This document shows positions 25,070-38,469 of a stretch of DNA of 64,000 bases, piece by piece. The translations under genes were made by a program, and so were the position numbers. Below the pieces are notes generated by a model. It saw nothing but the letters and a program-made list of their open reading frames with translations. It was not told the DNA's origin and ran no database searches. The number at the start of each line of letters is the position of its first letter. Position 1 is the stretch's first letter. Origin of the DNA: Octopus vulgaris (Eukaryota); assembly GCA_951406725.2 (NCBI GenBank), contig OX597816.1, positions 70,618,001-70,682,000 on the forward strand. The letters run 5' to 3'.

Positions 25070-26290
25070 ATCTTTTATCTTTTTACCTATTTCAGTCATT
25101 AGACTGTGGCCATGCTGGAGCACCACCTTTAGTCAAGCAAATCAACCCCAGGACTTATTCGTTGTAAGCCTAGTACTTGTTCTATCGGTCTCTTTTTGCC
25201 GAACCGTTAAGTTACAGGGACGTAAACATACCACCATTGGTTATCAAGCGATGTTGGGGAGGGGGGGGGGGCAAACACAGACACACAAACATATACACAC
25301 ACACACATATATATATAGACCTATACGATGGGCTTCTTTCAGTTTCCGTCTACCAAATCCACTCACAAGGCTTTGGTCGACCCGAGGCTATAGTAGAAGA
25401 CACTTGCCCAAATTGTCACACAGTGGGAATGAACACGGAACCCTGCAGTTGGTAAGCAAGCTACTTACTGCACAGCCACTCCTGCGCCTATATGTGCCTT
25501 TTTATCTTTTATCTTTTTACCTGTTTCAGTCGTTAGACTGTGGCCATGCTGGGGCACTGCCTTGAAGAACTTTTAGTCAAATGAATCAATCCCAGTACTT
25601 TTTTCCATTTTTTTTTAACTAGATACCTATTCTATTATTTTCATTTGACAAACCACTAAGTTACAGGGATGAAAACACACCAAAACCAGTTGTCAAGTAA
25701 TGAGGTGGGGAACAAACACAGACACACACACACATAGATATATAAATGGCTGCGTGGTAAGTAGCTTGCTTACAAGCCACATGGTTCCGGGTTCAGTCCC
25801 ACTGCGTGGCACCTTGGGCAAGTGTCTTCTACTATAGCCTCGGGCTAACTAAAGCCTTGTGAGTGGATTTGGTAGACGGAAACTGAAAGAAGCCAGTCAT
25901 ATATTGTTTGTGTGCCTGTGTTTGTCTCCCCAACATTGCTTGACAACCGATGGTGGTGTGTTTATGTCCCCGTAACTTAGCAGTTCGGCAAAAGAGACTG
26001 ATAGATTAAGTACTAGGCTTCCAAAGAATAAGTCCTGGGGTCGATATATCGACTAAAGGCGCTGCTCTGGCCACAGCCAAATGACTGAAACAAGTAAAAG
26101 ATTAAAAGAGTATATATACGATGGGATTCTATCAGTTTCTGTAAACCAAATCCACTGACAAGGTGTTAGTTGACCTGAAGCAATAGTAGAAGACATCTTG
26201 CACAAGGTGCTATGCAGTAGGACTGAACCTGAAACCATGTGGTTGGGAATCAAGCTTCTTACCTCACAGCCACGTCTGTGACTATTTAAC
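25070..26290. mobile_element. Run of SINE family A copies (25070-25489 minus; 25500-25740 partial minus; 25747-26110 plus; 26120-26280 partial minus)
   Basis: Sequence similarity to 1345-1777. Confidence 0.8.
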
Positions 26291-26627
26291 TATTTTCACA
26301 TAGGTCATAATACTGCAAAGACCTTGAAAGACCAATAGGGAGCAAATTGGCAGGGTCTTCATGGTATTTATTTTGGGTGTTAGCATTCTGATTTCAAATC
26401 ATGCCAAGGTCAGCTTTGCCTTTCATCCTTCAGGAGATCAATAAAATAAAGTACCAATCTAGGAAAAAGAACCAGCAGCTGAATCAGTAGAGTGTAATAC
26501 GTTATGTACCTACATGCTGTGTTTCAAATAAAACATCATCAGTGTATAACGGCCATTTGTTTGAAGTATTTGTGATCAAAAGGAAAGTTATTCCCCATAA
26601 ACAGAAAAATAGAGAGAGAGAGAGAGG

Positions 26628-26628
26628 G

Positions 26629-26664
<36 letters not shown>

Positions 26665-26673
26665 ATATGTATA

Positions 26674-26752
<79 letters not shown>

Positions 26753-26932
26753 ATATATATATATATATGGATATATATATATATGGATATATATATATGG
26801 ATATATATATACATACCTATATGCATATATATATATGTACATATATATGTACATATATATATACATATATATATATATATGTATATATATACAAATATAT
26901 ATACATACACACACACACATATATATATATAA
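26628..26932. repeat. (TA)n-dominated microsatellite
   Basis: Direct inspection. Confidence 0.95.
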
Positions 26933-27196
26933 TTGTAAATGATATTTATAAAGGGAGTCTAAGGGAGTGCGTATGGTATTCAGTGATGTGTAAATTGTTT
27001 CCTCATATGTGTAAATAAAAGAAATAAAAATGACAAAATGACATGAAACACAAAAATCTAAGTAAAAGAACATTCTCTGTGTGTGTGTGTGTGTGTGTGC
27101 ATGCATGTGTATGTATGTGCATGCATGTGTGTGTATGTGTGTGTATGCGTGCTTGTGAGTGAGTATTTGTGTGAGTGTAAATTTGTGAATGGGCGC

Positions 27197-27229
<33 letters not shown>

Positions 27230-27493
27230 CGTGTGAGTGTAAATTTGTGAATGGGTGTGTGTGTGTATGTGTGTGTTCGACCAGATGAAAGAGAAACGAA
27301 ACAATGGCAACCACTCCATCCAATTATTAAGTCTTTACATGGTTGATCTATGGTTATGTTGGCATCGGCAGCGATGGTGTTCTTGGTGAAGTCATTAAGC
27401 TCTTTATTGTTGGTGCATCTCTTCCTCTTCCTTTTTCTCATTCTCCTGCCATCCCAATATATATATATAGTTTTACACACTTATACAAATATA

Positions 27494-27529
<36 letters not shown>

Positions 27530-27557
27530 CATACACATATAAATATATATATATATA

Positions 27558-27601
<44 letters not shown>

Positions 27602-29061
27602 TATGTATATATATTGATATATATACACACACACATACAAACCTGTGTGTGGTATGGTTGTTGTCATATGGTGTGCTGTCATGTTGAATGTATAACTCCA
27701 GCAGGAGTATAAACATAACATAAAGACTTTAAATGATTTCTATAAATACTATTCCTTCAAGCTGATTTAATCTATGTTTGTCGATGTGTAGTGTGTATTA
27801 TTAGATCTGAAAAAAAAAATATGACCAGATTATATCATTATATTGCAAGAATGGAATTATTACAATAAAGATTTCTATCTTTGGTGTACGTGTGTGACAT
27901 TTACCTACCTCACGGAGAACATGCTCCTCCTATGTGTGTGTGTCTGTGTGTGTGTGTGTCTGTGTGTGTGTGTGTCTGTGTGTGTGTGTGTGTGCATAGT
28001 TGTGAGTGTATGTGTATGTGTGTTTGTATGTTAACATATGTTTATGAATGTTTGTGTATATCATTGACACCATCATCATTATTGTTTTAATGCCCACTTT
28101 TCCATACTCAAACAGGTTGGGGCAGGGTGTGAATTTTGTTGAGTTAGATTTTTTTTCTCTACAGCCAGATACCCTTGCTGTTGCCAATCCTCACCTGTTT
28201 CCAAGTAAGGTAATATTTCCCCATAATCAGACAGCTTCATCAAAGATTAGAAACAAGGACACCATTTGAATGACAGATATGTGTTTCAAACTCTCATACA
28301 ATATCAGAACAAGCAGAGAAAAACACAGATACACAGACACACACACACACACTCACACACACACACACACGCACACACACACACATGTCAAGAGTTCTGG
28401 ATGAGCCTACCTCATAGCAAGAGAGACAGATGATGGCAGCAACATCAAACTCCCTCTTTCACCAAATACCCCATATCACAGGAGGTTTCAAGCAGTGAAA
28501 GTGTAACAAAGTTAACAGCAATACCCCAGCTTGGTCACAGCTCAAAAATAATGCCCCTGTTTCACCACATGACTTCAACTGCAGACATTTTTCTAACTAA
28601 ACATTTAATGGGGTTGTCTTAAAAATTCTTTTGCATACCAAGCGGGAGTGAAGTTGATTGATGTTGCAGTACCAAATAGGATTGACTATAAACAACTTTG
28701 AAAAATGATTCTGCTCACAAAAACATTCATGTATTAATCTGGATTCCACAAGCCCTCCACAAACACTCCACAAGCCTCTCCAATTATATTTGGAAGCTAA
28801 GGGATAACAGTGAAAGGGCCTTCAAATTTTTTGTAAAAATTTTGAAATATAGATCTGTTTACAATATTATTGGATGAAACAAATGCAACCAATTTCTGAT
28901 GGCTTACTTTTGAAGTGTACTTGGCATTAAAAATTTTTTCGTTTGCCCTTAACTATGAATTGTTTATAAATTTAACCTTTAAAGGTATTTTTTAATATGC
29001 TGGCCATTGATAAAATTTTTTTGGAAAAGAATTTTTTTCGAAAAAAGTTTTATCCTACATT

Positions 29062-29118
<57 letters not shown>

Positions 29119-29333
29119 TATATGTATGTATTTGTTATTTGTCTGTTTGTCCCCCACCATCGTTTGACAACCAATGTTGATGTGTTTACATCCCTGTCAC
29201 TTAGCAGTTTGGCAAAAAGAAAACAATAGAATAAGTATTAGGCTTACAAAGAATAAGTCCTGGAGTCGATTTCTTCAACTACAAGGTGGTGCTCCAGAAT
29301 GGCCGCAGTCATATTACTGAAACAAATAAAAGA

Positions 29334-29426
<93 letters not shown>

Positions 29427-29658
29427 GAATGAGAGAGTGAGCGAGATGTAGATATATACATATATGTATACTTGTACATATGTACGTATCCATAAAGGAT
29501 GGATGTAACTCTGTTGTTATGGTGAACCTGTTTGTTATGTCCAACCTACAGTGTTTTCAAAAACAGACATGATTTCTATGTTCATTGAAGCATATCAGAC
29601 CAACACTTGTTATATTTTTCTGTCCTTAACTGGCAGGAAATGAATCAAATGTGGCCAA

Positions 29659-29710
<52 letters not shown>

Positions 29711-29713
29711 GTT

Positions 29714-29745
<32 letters not shown>

Positions 29746-29837
29746 TATCATCATCATTATAATCATCATCATTGTCATCGTCGTCATCATCATCATCATC
29801 ACCATCATTATCATCGTCGTCGTCGTCGTCGTCGTCG

Positions 29838-29874
<37 letters not shown>

Positions 29875-29905
29875 TACCATCATCATCGCTGTTGTCATCA
29901 TCATG
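29659..29905. repeat. (CAT)n/(CGT)n trinucleotide microsatellite
   Basis: Direct inspection. Confidence 0.95.
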
Positions 29906-30121
29906 AAGGCTAACTGTTTTAAGTATCTCTTTTATATACCTTACATGAGTGTGTGCAAGTGTATCTATATATATGCATGTTTGTACATATGTATATGTAT
30001 ACGTACACACGCATACACGTGCACATGCACACACACTTACACACACACACACAGACACGCATGCACATACACACACACTCACACACACTCATGTGTATAT
30101 TTATATATGCATATCTGTGTA

Positions 30122-30322
30122 TACAAGTGAGTGTTGAAAAATTCCTGACTTAAGGGCTTTAAGGATATACCCAACCTTCCAAGTTCTTTTACAGGGCTTG
30201 CAAAAACTGAAGGACCACTGCAATAAGTGTGTAAATCTGAGAGAGGAATACATTGAATGAAAACATAATTAACTGATCCCCCCATATTTTCTTTTACCAA
30301 AAGCCAGGAACTTTTCCACATG
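30122..30322 (+). mobile_element. Internally deleted mariner (MITE-like)
   Basis: Imperfect TIRs ttgaaaaattcctgactt / aagccaggaacttttcca; transposase end GLQKLKDHCNKCVNLREEYIE*. Confidence 0.6.
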
Positions 30323-30978
30323 TGAGTATATGTGTGTGTGTGCATGTATGTGTGTATATACCACGTGTATATATATGTGTGTGTACATACATTTATATAA
30401 ATATAAGTATTAATGTGCATGTATGTGTATGGGTGTATATACATATGCATTTATATGTATGTGCATATATATAAATATAAGCATTAAGGTGCATGTGTGT
30501 ATGCGTGTATTTGTGTGTGTGTGTGTGTGTGTGCATGTGGATGCATGTATGTGTGCTCAGGTTTGTGTGTGTGTGTGTATGCAAGCATTTTCTTTTACAT
30601 CCACTTTTCCATGCTGGCATGAGTCGGGGGAGTCACCACAGTCCAAATCAGTTGTTATTCAGTATTACTTAACTCTAGGTATTTTGGAGATTGCATCACA
30701 ACCACATCTTCCATTTTTATTCATATGATCTCTTACATTCATTTAACTTCCTGCCACAAAACACTCCACAGAATTTACGAGGTGCATCTTATCAAAGTCA
30801 CTAGCAGTGGAAAGTAGTAAAAGCCATAGGGTCCACTCTACTCAAGGTGGTTTCTAAGCATTGTTCACAGAACTTGAGTGGTTGCCTCACACCCAACAAA
30901 ACTACAGAGTGAACTAATGTATGGTTAGCATGCAAAGCAGCTGACTTTGGTACGTTTACACCTTTTTCCTAAAGTGGG

Positions 30979-30979
<1 letters not shown>

Positions 30980-31012
<33 letters not shown>

Positions 31013-31290
31013 GCTTAACGTCTGCTTTCCATGCTAGCATGGGTTGGACAATTTGACTGAGGACTGGCGAACCAGATGGCTGCACCATCCGGTCTGATCT
31101 GGCAGAGTTTCTACTGCTGGATGCCCTTCCTAACGCCAACCACTCTGAGAGTGTAGTGGGTGCTTTTACGTGCCACTGGCACAAGGGCTAGTCTGGCAGT
31201 ACTGGCAACGGCCACGCTCAAATGGTGTTTTTTACATGCCACCTGCACAGGAATCAGTCCAGTGGCACTGGCAACGACCTCGCTCAAATG
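30980..31290 (-). mobile_element. RTE-LINE 3'-tail copy
   Basis: (cat)n followed by the reverse complement of the RTE tail. Confidence 0.8.
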
Positions 31291-31538
31291 TTATTATTAT
31301 TCAGGTCACTGCCTGAAATTGAACTCGGAATCTTGGGGTTAGTAGACCGCGCTCTTAACCACTACACCATATGCCCACGGGCATATGGAGTAGTGGTTAA
31401 GAACGCAGGCTACTAACCCCAAGATTCCAAGCCTGATTGCAAGCAGTGACCTGAATAATAGTAATAATAATAATAATAACTTCGAAAAATACCTTAAGAA
31501 TGAGAACCCAGGTTTGAAATTTCCCCAAGACACCTGAT
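31291..31538. mobile_element. Second copy of the palindromic tRNA-head/HHR element: head-to-head tRNA-like dimer with truncated arms
   Basis: Inverted heads around ccatatgccc-ac-gggcatatgg (centre 31377-31378); right arm matches 3125-3182 and stops inside the HHR core (cacctgat). Confidence 0.85.
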
Positions 31539-31936
31539 TTTTAAAAATTGAGCTATCTTTAAGGCAACAATTACAGCATGCCTCTTCATGTCTTGAGTAA
31601 CCTGAATATCTGCTGTTATTATTTTCTGAAACATAAATTACATAAGGTTAATTTAAAACAGTAATTCCTCAAAATTAAAGTAATTACTCACGCAAACAGT
31701 AATTCCTCAAAAATATGATGTTCTTAAATAGCCTGCACACCCTGTCTTAACAAAAACTTTCTTTCACCTGAAGACATAGCTTAAATTCTGCATTATTTTG
31801 AAGTATTTTTTGCATTAATGTAGACATGTAAGTAATTTATTTATCATTAAATATAATATAAATTATTTATATGTTAAGTTATAAAATTATTTGTTGTGAT
31901 ATTAGAATTTTCTTGTTAAATAAAATTTCATCAAAC

Positions 31937-32506
31937 TATTGGGTTGTCCGGAAAGTGCGTGCTGATTTTTAAAGGAAAGCAAAAGGCCAATAAATACTTG
32001 CCATTACATTTTTAATCAACCAAATATGAACAATTTTATTGCACAATGCGTCTCCATCTTTCCTTTAACTGGAAAATACCCTCTTCCCAGAATTGAGCTG
32101 GTTTCATGGCAAAGAATTCATCAAGGTATCTTTTTACGTCATCCAAGCAATTGAAATTTTTACCATTAGGACTATTCTGCAGAGACCTGAATTAGTGGAA
32201 ATCCAAAGGAGCAATATCTGGGGAATATGGAGGGTGGGGCAACACATTCCAGCTGAGCTGCAGCAATTTTTGTCTGGTTCCCAAAGCATCAAGTGCCGAA
32301 AATGAACTTTCTTATCTTCCATTTTAAAGGGTTACAGAATAAACACAGGTTATAGGATCATAAACCTTCTGCCACGAAAAGATAGCTTAAACTGTGCTCT
32401 AAATGGGGGTGTAGTCAAATCCTGTTTTATGGACTCAACCATGTTCTAAAATAAGTCAAAAGGTAAGCTACAATAAATCAGCACAACCTTTCCAGACAAC
32501 CCAATA
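31937..32506 (-). mobile_element. Internally deleted mariner with both TIRs
   Basis: tattgggttgtccggaaag..gctgattt / aaatcagcacaacctttccagacaacccaata; MEDKKVHFRHLML start joined to PYSPDIAP..FH.FRSLQN end. Confidence 0.85.
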
Positions 32507-32509
32507 TTT

Positions 32510-32905
32510 CTCTGTCATTTATAGGAACAAATTCTTGATACACAATACCACATTTTTGGGGTTGTCCCTTGTGGCAGATTGTCCAGATCACTCATTGTCT
32601 TCCAAGGACGTCCTTCTGCTTCTGAAGTGCCTGTGCCATTCAAAACATTGTGTACAACCCATTGTCCCATTGCTTAATGTCTCTGTAGTAGACTTCCCAA
32701 GTTTAACGCAAAATTTCCTATTGACTCTTTGTCTCTGTCTATCATAGACTACACCATACATGTGATCACAAAAACACAAGTCTCACAACTTGCAAAGTAA
32801 ATACAGTGATGTGCTTGGCAGTGCTAACTCTCATGGCACACACAAGAATGTGATGCCATCTGTTGGCATGCTACAGAACTAGTCCGGAAAATTTTCAATA
32901 CCACT
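32510..32905 (-). mobile_element. 5' fragment of another mariner
   Basis: QRVNRKFCVKLGKSTTETL..TQCFEWHRHFRSRRTSLEDNE. Confidence 0.7.
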
Positions 32906-33175
32906 AAACAAGAATTAGTAAAGATGTCATCTCCCTCATCACATTGTAATTACCTTATTCAGGTACGCAGCTCACACATTGGCATACAAGCACACTTCCC
33001 GGCACTTCCAGACAGGTGTAACAGTTATTCTTTGAAAATTTCATTATCCAATATGAGCAATTCTCTAGCCGGACAATGATTCATACACAAAGGAAAGAAT
33101 TTTTGGAAAGGTGGCAGACTGGAAAATGACAGTCATTGGTTCTGATATGTATTTTTAGTATGAATATCATTAAAC

Positions 33176-33204
<29 letters not shown>

Positions 33205-33206
<2 letters not shown>

Positions 33207-33390
33207 CCATGATAGATCGTTAGCCACTACACACATTTTTTTCTCTCCTTGTTTTTTCTGTGTCCCTTTCTGTAGAAGAGCATAGGCTCGAAACATAAAA
33301 GACTTTTTCTGTTCCTGAGCTTTTTACTAATACATCTGTTTGTTTTGTACACCACCTGTCTTTGTCTTGTTTTTTTCGTAAACTCTCCCT
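33205..33390 (+). mobile_element. Short repeat ending at (TA)n with a variant HHR motif
   Basis: Island between (GAT)n and (TA)n containing the HHR-like motif at 33266-33301. Confidence 0.5.
33266..33301 (+). ncRNA. Variant minimal hammerhead motif (A6 to U)
   Basis: cttt CTGTAGA a gagc atag gctc GAAA ca TA aaag; stems I and II pair perfectly. Confidence 0.5.
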
Positions 33391-33498
33391 ATATATATAT
33401 ATATATAAATAAGGATAAGATGGTTAATTTAAATTAAATAACGATCTTATCAAGTGGTCAGCATGGAAATAAAAACCTTCAAAGGTAATAATTATTAT

Positions 33499-33737
33499 TA
33501 AAATTATAATTTAGGGTATCTACAAGATACCACTATGCTGAAAATAGCAGCCAAAATCTGACTCTAAAACCACATTAAATGCTCATACAGCACAAAGAGA
33601 GAAGACACTAGTTTTATTTTGTCTTTTTGTTTTCTCTCCTTATGCTGTATGAGCATTTAATGTGGTTTTAGAGTCAGATTTTGGCTGCTATTTTCAGCAT
33701 GGCGGTATCTCATAGATACCCTAAATTATAATTTTAT
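33499..33737. repeat. Long inverted repeat (about 100-bp arms) at the end of a (TA)n-flanked element (about 33405-33737)
   Basis: aaaattataatttagggtatct..gctcatacagca / tgctgtatgagc..agataccctaaattataatttt. Confidence 0.9.
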
Positions 33738-33767
33738 ATATATATACATATATATACATATGTATAC

Positions 33768-33824
<57 letters not shown>

Positions 33825-34029
33825 AATCAAAGTAATTCACTGCTATATACCAGACTGTAAGAATGCACTTTTATTTTTATGGCTTCTAGGCCTATAATCA
33901 CTACATGTGTGTGTGTGTATGTGCATGTATGTGTGTGTGTGTCTGTCTGTCTGTGTATGAGTATGAATATATACAGACACAAAATTCAGATACACATAAA
34001 ACTAATACACACACACACACACCTGTAAA

Positions 34030-34080
<51 letters not shown>

Positions 34081-34624
34081 GTACTATACTATCAATTATT
34101 GAATCAATAACTATTTCACATAGTCTGATAAATGTAATCAATTACTTCATAATGGAAGTGGTTATTGGCTGATTAAGTGTATTGATTTATAACTAGGTGG
34201 ACTGTGCTTAAATTTCTTGAGCACAGATGCAATAAGTGGAACGATGCTATTAAGACTCGAGTGTCTTGTCAATAGTTAAGGTGCAAGCCCTGGTGGTCAA
34301 GATGTTGTACTGACGATCGTACAGTTGAAAGTTCAAATCCTGGACTAGGTGAGGCATTGTGTGTTTTAATATCACTCAAGTGTAATTAGTTCAAGTAAGT
34401 ACTGATTGGGCAATGGTGTTGTCCTCTTTTCCTCCAGCTGTCTCTTCCTCGATGTTCCTGGATCAAGAGAAGCAGAGCCAACAGAATGTCAATATCTGCT
34501 CTACACAACAAAGACACTTAAAACAATTACTGAAAACATGGCTCATGTTACAAGTCAGACTCCCTTGCATATGATGGCCAAAGATACTTTTTTTTTTATC
34601 TTGTCCATAGACAAATAATTCCAG

Positions 34625-34890
34625 ATGACATCTGCAAAGAGTTACTATGCTACACACAAAAAATTCAGCAGAACTGTCAGATTTTTTCAAAGAGGTCGTA
34701 TTGTTGGGCAATCTAAGGCTGGTCTTAGCCAGCAAAACATTGACGAAGATCTTCAAATTCCTCTTGCTACTGTTAATAGAATTATAGTGCAATTCAAAAA
34801 CCAAGGAAAAGCATCAACAGATTCTCATTCCGGCCAACCTGGGCCCTCAAAAAGGAAACTTCGCTGTTTGAAGAGAATTGTGGAAAACAA
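34625..34890 (+). pseudogene. Tc1-like transposase N-terminal HTH fragment
   Basis: [55 protein letters not shown] resembles the Tc1 paired-like domain and GRP motif. Confidence 0.65.
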
Positions 34891-36127
34891 AGTCCTTGTC
34901 ATGTCTTGCCAAATTGCTTGCCTTTCCTCACTACTTTAACCTATACCTACTGACTCAAAGGGAAGCCACCTATAGCTGTTTTAAACAAGGCAATCACATA
35001 ACCACAACTTCAACTGCTGTTCAAACTGGAATTTTGGTGGTGCACCTATTTGAGCACTCAGAACACATACCTATTAATTTGAGTCATCTTGATGAAAACT
35101 CCTCATATCTTTTATATATAGATGATAGGCTTCCACACAGTTTCTGTTCACCAAATAATCCACTCACAAGGCATTGGTCAGCCTGGGGCTAGAGTAGAAG
35201 ACATTTTCCCAAGGTACCATGCAGTGGGACTGAACCCAAAATCCACATGGTTGCAAAACAGGCTTCTTAACCACACAGCCATGCCTGCACCTTCTGGCAT
35301 ATAAACTCATTTATCTTTTTTTATGCTTAATATACTCTAGAAAGATGAGTAATGAAAAAAGGATTATTTCTAAATACAAATTTAAAAGGGAAGTTATAGG
35401 CAAACGTTCCAAAACACATACACAAACACACACGTGTGCACACATGCACACACACATATGAACACATGCACACACATGCACATACACACAGAGGCACATA
35501 CACACCCATGCACACTCTTATTTTATGTTCTTATCTATAATAATAAATGATGTTTCTTTTAAAGAAAAATAAATAATATTTTTTTAAAGTACAAATTCCC
35601 CAAAATATAAAAGAACAGAGAAGGAATTATGTTACTGAAATGTATTCCATTTTATGAATTTTATGAATACACAATAGAAAGTTGACAGAAAAATCCAATA
35701 ATATTATTTTTTAAAGAACAAATTCAAAAATTTAATGAGGTGTCACGAAACACACACATTAATATTTCATTTTCTAAAATTTATTTTATTCAACAGAATA
35801 AACATACAGCTGCAGATATGACTATGAAGTTACAAAGCACACTTCACACCCATAAGGCTTCAGATTCCCTCTCACTTCGTGGAACCTTCAGCAAGTGTCT
35901 TCTACTTCTGTGATAGCCTCGGGCCAACCAAAACCTTATGAGTGAATTTGGTAGGTGGAAATTGTGTGGAAGCCCATCGTATCATCATTATCATCATTTA
36001 ATGTCTGCGTTCCATGGTGGCACAGATTGGGTTGATTGACAGCATCTGATGTATCCAAGAACTACATATTGCTCTAATTCTGCTTTGGCATGGTTTCTAC
36101 AGCTGGATGCTCTTCCTAATATCATAT

Positions 36128-36190
<63 letters not shown>

Positions 36191-36368
36191 AAAGTAAGAT
36201 AGGGGTTATGGGTGTAGCCCACTATGGGATATCATTTATCCAATATACTGTTGGTAAAGTACCCAAATTTTTAATACATAAATGTTTTTAATTGCAAAGC
36301 AATTAGTTCATTTATTGTATTAAACGGGTGAAGGTAAAAAAATATTTTTACCGTAAATTTATAATAAA

Positions 36369-36598
36369 AATAAGAAAATGGAGAAACAAATTTAGTTTAT
36401 TCATCAACTTACGGATATCATAATGTTAGATTATTTATTCATTTTACAAATGAGAACATCAAAAGCATACAAAAATATTATATAAATAATATTTTTGTAT
36501 GCTTTTGATGTTCTAATTTGTAAAATGAATAAATAATCCAACATTATAATATCCGTAAGTTGATGAACAAACCAAATTTGTTTCTCCATTTTCTTATA
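36369..36598. repeat. Near-perfect palindrome (about 110-bp arms) at the end of a (TA)n-flanked element (about 36185-36598)
   Basis: ataagaaaatggagaaacaaattt..catacaaaaatatta / taatatttttgtatg..aaatttgtttctccattttcttat. Confidence 0.9.
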
Positions 36599-37149
36599 TA
36601 TACATGTATGTATATATGTATATGTATATATATATAGATATAGATAGATAGATCTTAATATTAATAATAATAAAGAATATGGAGACTTGTACATCCACAC
36701 AATTTATTTTATAACTAGCAGTAATACCCGTCGTTTCTTGGGCACGAAGCTAGAAAAATGGGTATATCATATAGAAGAATAGCTTTATGGAATCCAGTTG
36801 ACTGCAATGGCAATGAAAAGGTTGCAGGTCAAGTGGAACATCAATGTTCCTATAGCAAAAGCATTGCACATCGATCATTTGTTTGCTATTTGTTTTTTAG
36901 GGTCTCTTTTTAGCAGACATGTTTTTGGTTAGGGATATCACTAAGTAATAGTGAAATGAAATTACAAATAATTGTGTCAGTGCACAATTAGTGTTGTACC
37001 ATTGTGTAATTTTTGTTGAGACAAATTTGGCAATAGCATAATAGGAGACATACAAGAAGCATTGCTTGTGTGCGCTGGTTTGGTGTTCGTGTTTTTTGAC
37101 AGTCTCTCTTTAGTAGACATTTTTGCATTAGGAATATCAGTAAGTAATA

Positions 37150-37425
37150 TCATCATCATCATCATCATTTAACGCCTGCTTTCCATGCTAGCATGGGTTG
37201 GACGAATGACTGAGGGCTGGCAAACCAGATGGTTGCACCAGGCTTCAATCTTGATCTGGCAGAGTTTCTACAGCTGGATGCCCTTCTTAACGCCAACCAC
37301 TCCGAGAGTGTAGAGGGTGCTTTTACGTGCAACCGGCACGGGGGCCAATCAGGCAGTACTGGCAACGACCTCGCTCAAACCTTTTACACATGCCACCGAC
37401 ACAGGTGCCAGTAAGGCGATATTGG
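37150..37425 (-). mobile_element. RTE-LINE 3'-tail copy nested in the Helitron
   Basis: (cat)n plus reverse complement of the RTE tail. Confidence 0.8.
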
Positions 37426-38469
37426 TGAAATGAAATTACAAATGCTGTGTCCTGTTACTGTTGGTGCTGAAATTCTGACGATATAATACAGGAATGGAAG
37501 GCACGGTAACAGTAAGTAAAAGCCCATTGAAATTACAAATGCTGTGCCCTGTCAGTAAGATTTAGGTTTACTCATCCTGTATGTGTGTATTATATAAGAG
37601 AAAAGCATGTAATAATTGAAGCAGAAAAAAGATGGATTTCATATACAAACTTTTACTTCTTCTTCAAGTTGCAATCCAACAACTTTTAGTGTCTGGCCCT
37701 GACTTTTATTAATGCTCATATCAGAACCAAGAAGCTAGAAAAATGGGTATATCATATAGAAGAATAGCTTTATGGAATCCAGGTGACTGCAAAGGCACTG
37801 AAAAGGTCAAGTGGAACATCCATTTGTCACTGTTCCTTTTGATGTTTGAATAGGTGGTGGTATATCATGAATGACGCTAGAAGAATAGCTATATCATATA
37901 GAAGAATAGCTTCAGGGAATCCAGGTGACTGTGCAATGGCACTGAGAAGGCCACAGGTGAAGTGGAAGACCCATTTGTTATGGTTTCTTTTTACATTTGA
38001 ATAGGCCGTATGCCCAAGGAGAATTGAAAGATTCAGTTTTAAATCTGAACCAGAGTGAGACTATGACTACAGATTTAGGCTTGTCCATGTCTCATCCTCA
38101 TTTTCTGCTACACTTCATGCATTTTTTTGATGTTCGTTTTTTGACAGTCTTTTTTTAGTAGACAAATGCTGTGTCCTGTCACTGTTAGTGCTAAAATTCT
38201 GTCACTATATTACAGGAATGGAAGGCAAGGTAACAGTAAGTAAAAGCCCATTGAAATTACAAATGCTGTGTCCTGTCTGTCAGATGTAGGTTTACTTGTC
38301 CTGTATGTGTGTATTATATAAGAGAAAAACCTGTAATAATTGAAGTAGTAAAAAGAAGGATTTCATACACGAACTTCTGTCTGTTTAAGTTGGAATCCAG
38401 CAACTTTTATTGTTTGACCCTGACTTTTATTAATGCTCATGGCAAAAGAAAGTGGGATAAAATAAAATA

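Noticed and set aside
26542-27721. Many overlapping YI/CV/HT-rich ORFs (also near 15005, 17362 and 43211)
   Set aside because: Stop-free dinucleotide microsatellites, not coding.
29626-30130. Poly-Asp, poly-Met and poly-Ile ORFs resembling acidic biomineral proteins (also 5633-6075, 11818-12349, 46785-47166)
   Set aside because: Trinucleotide microsatellites, several attached to RTE tails; no signal peptide or splice context seen.
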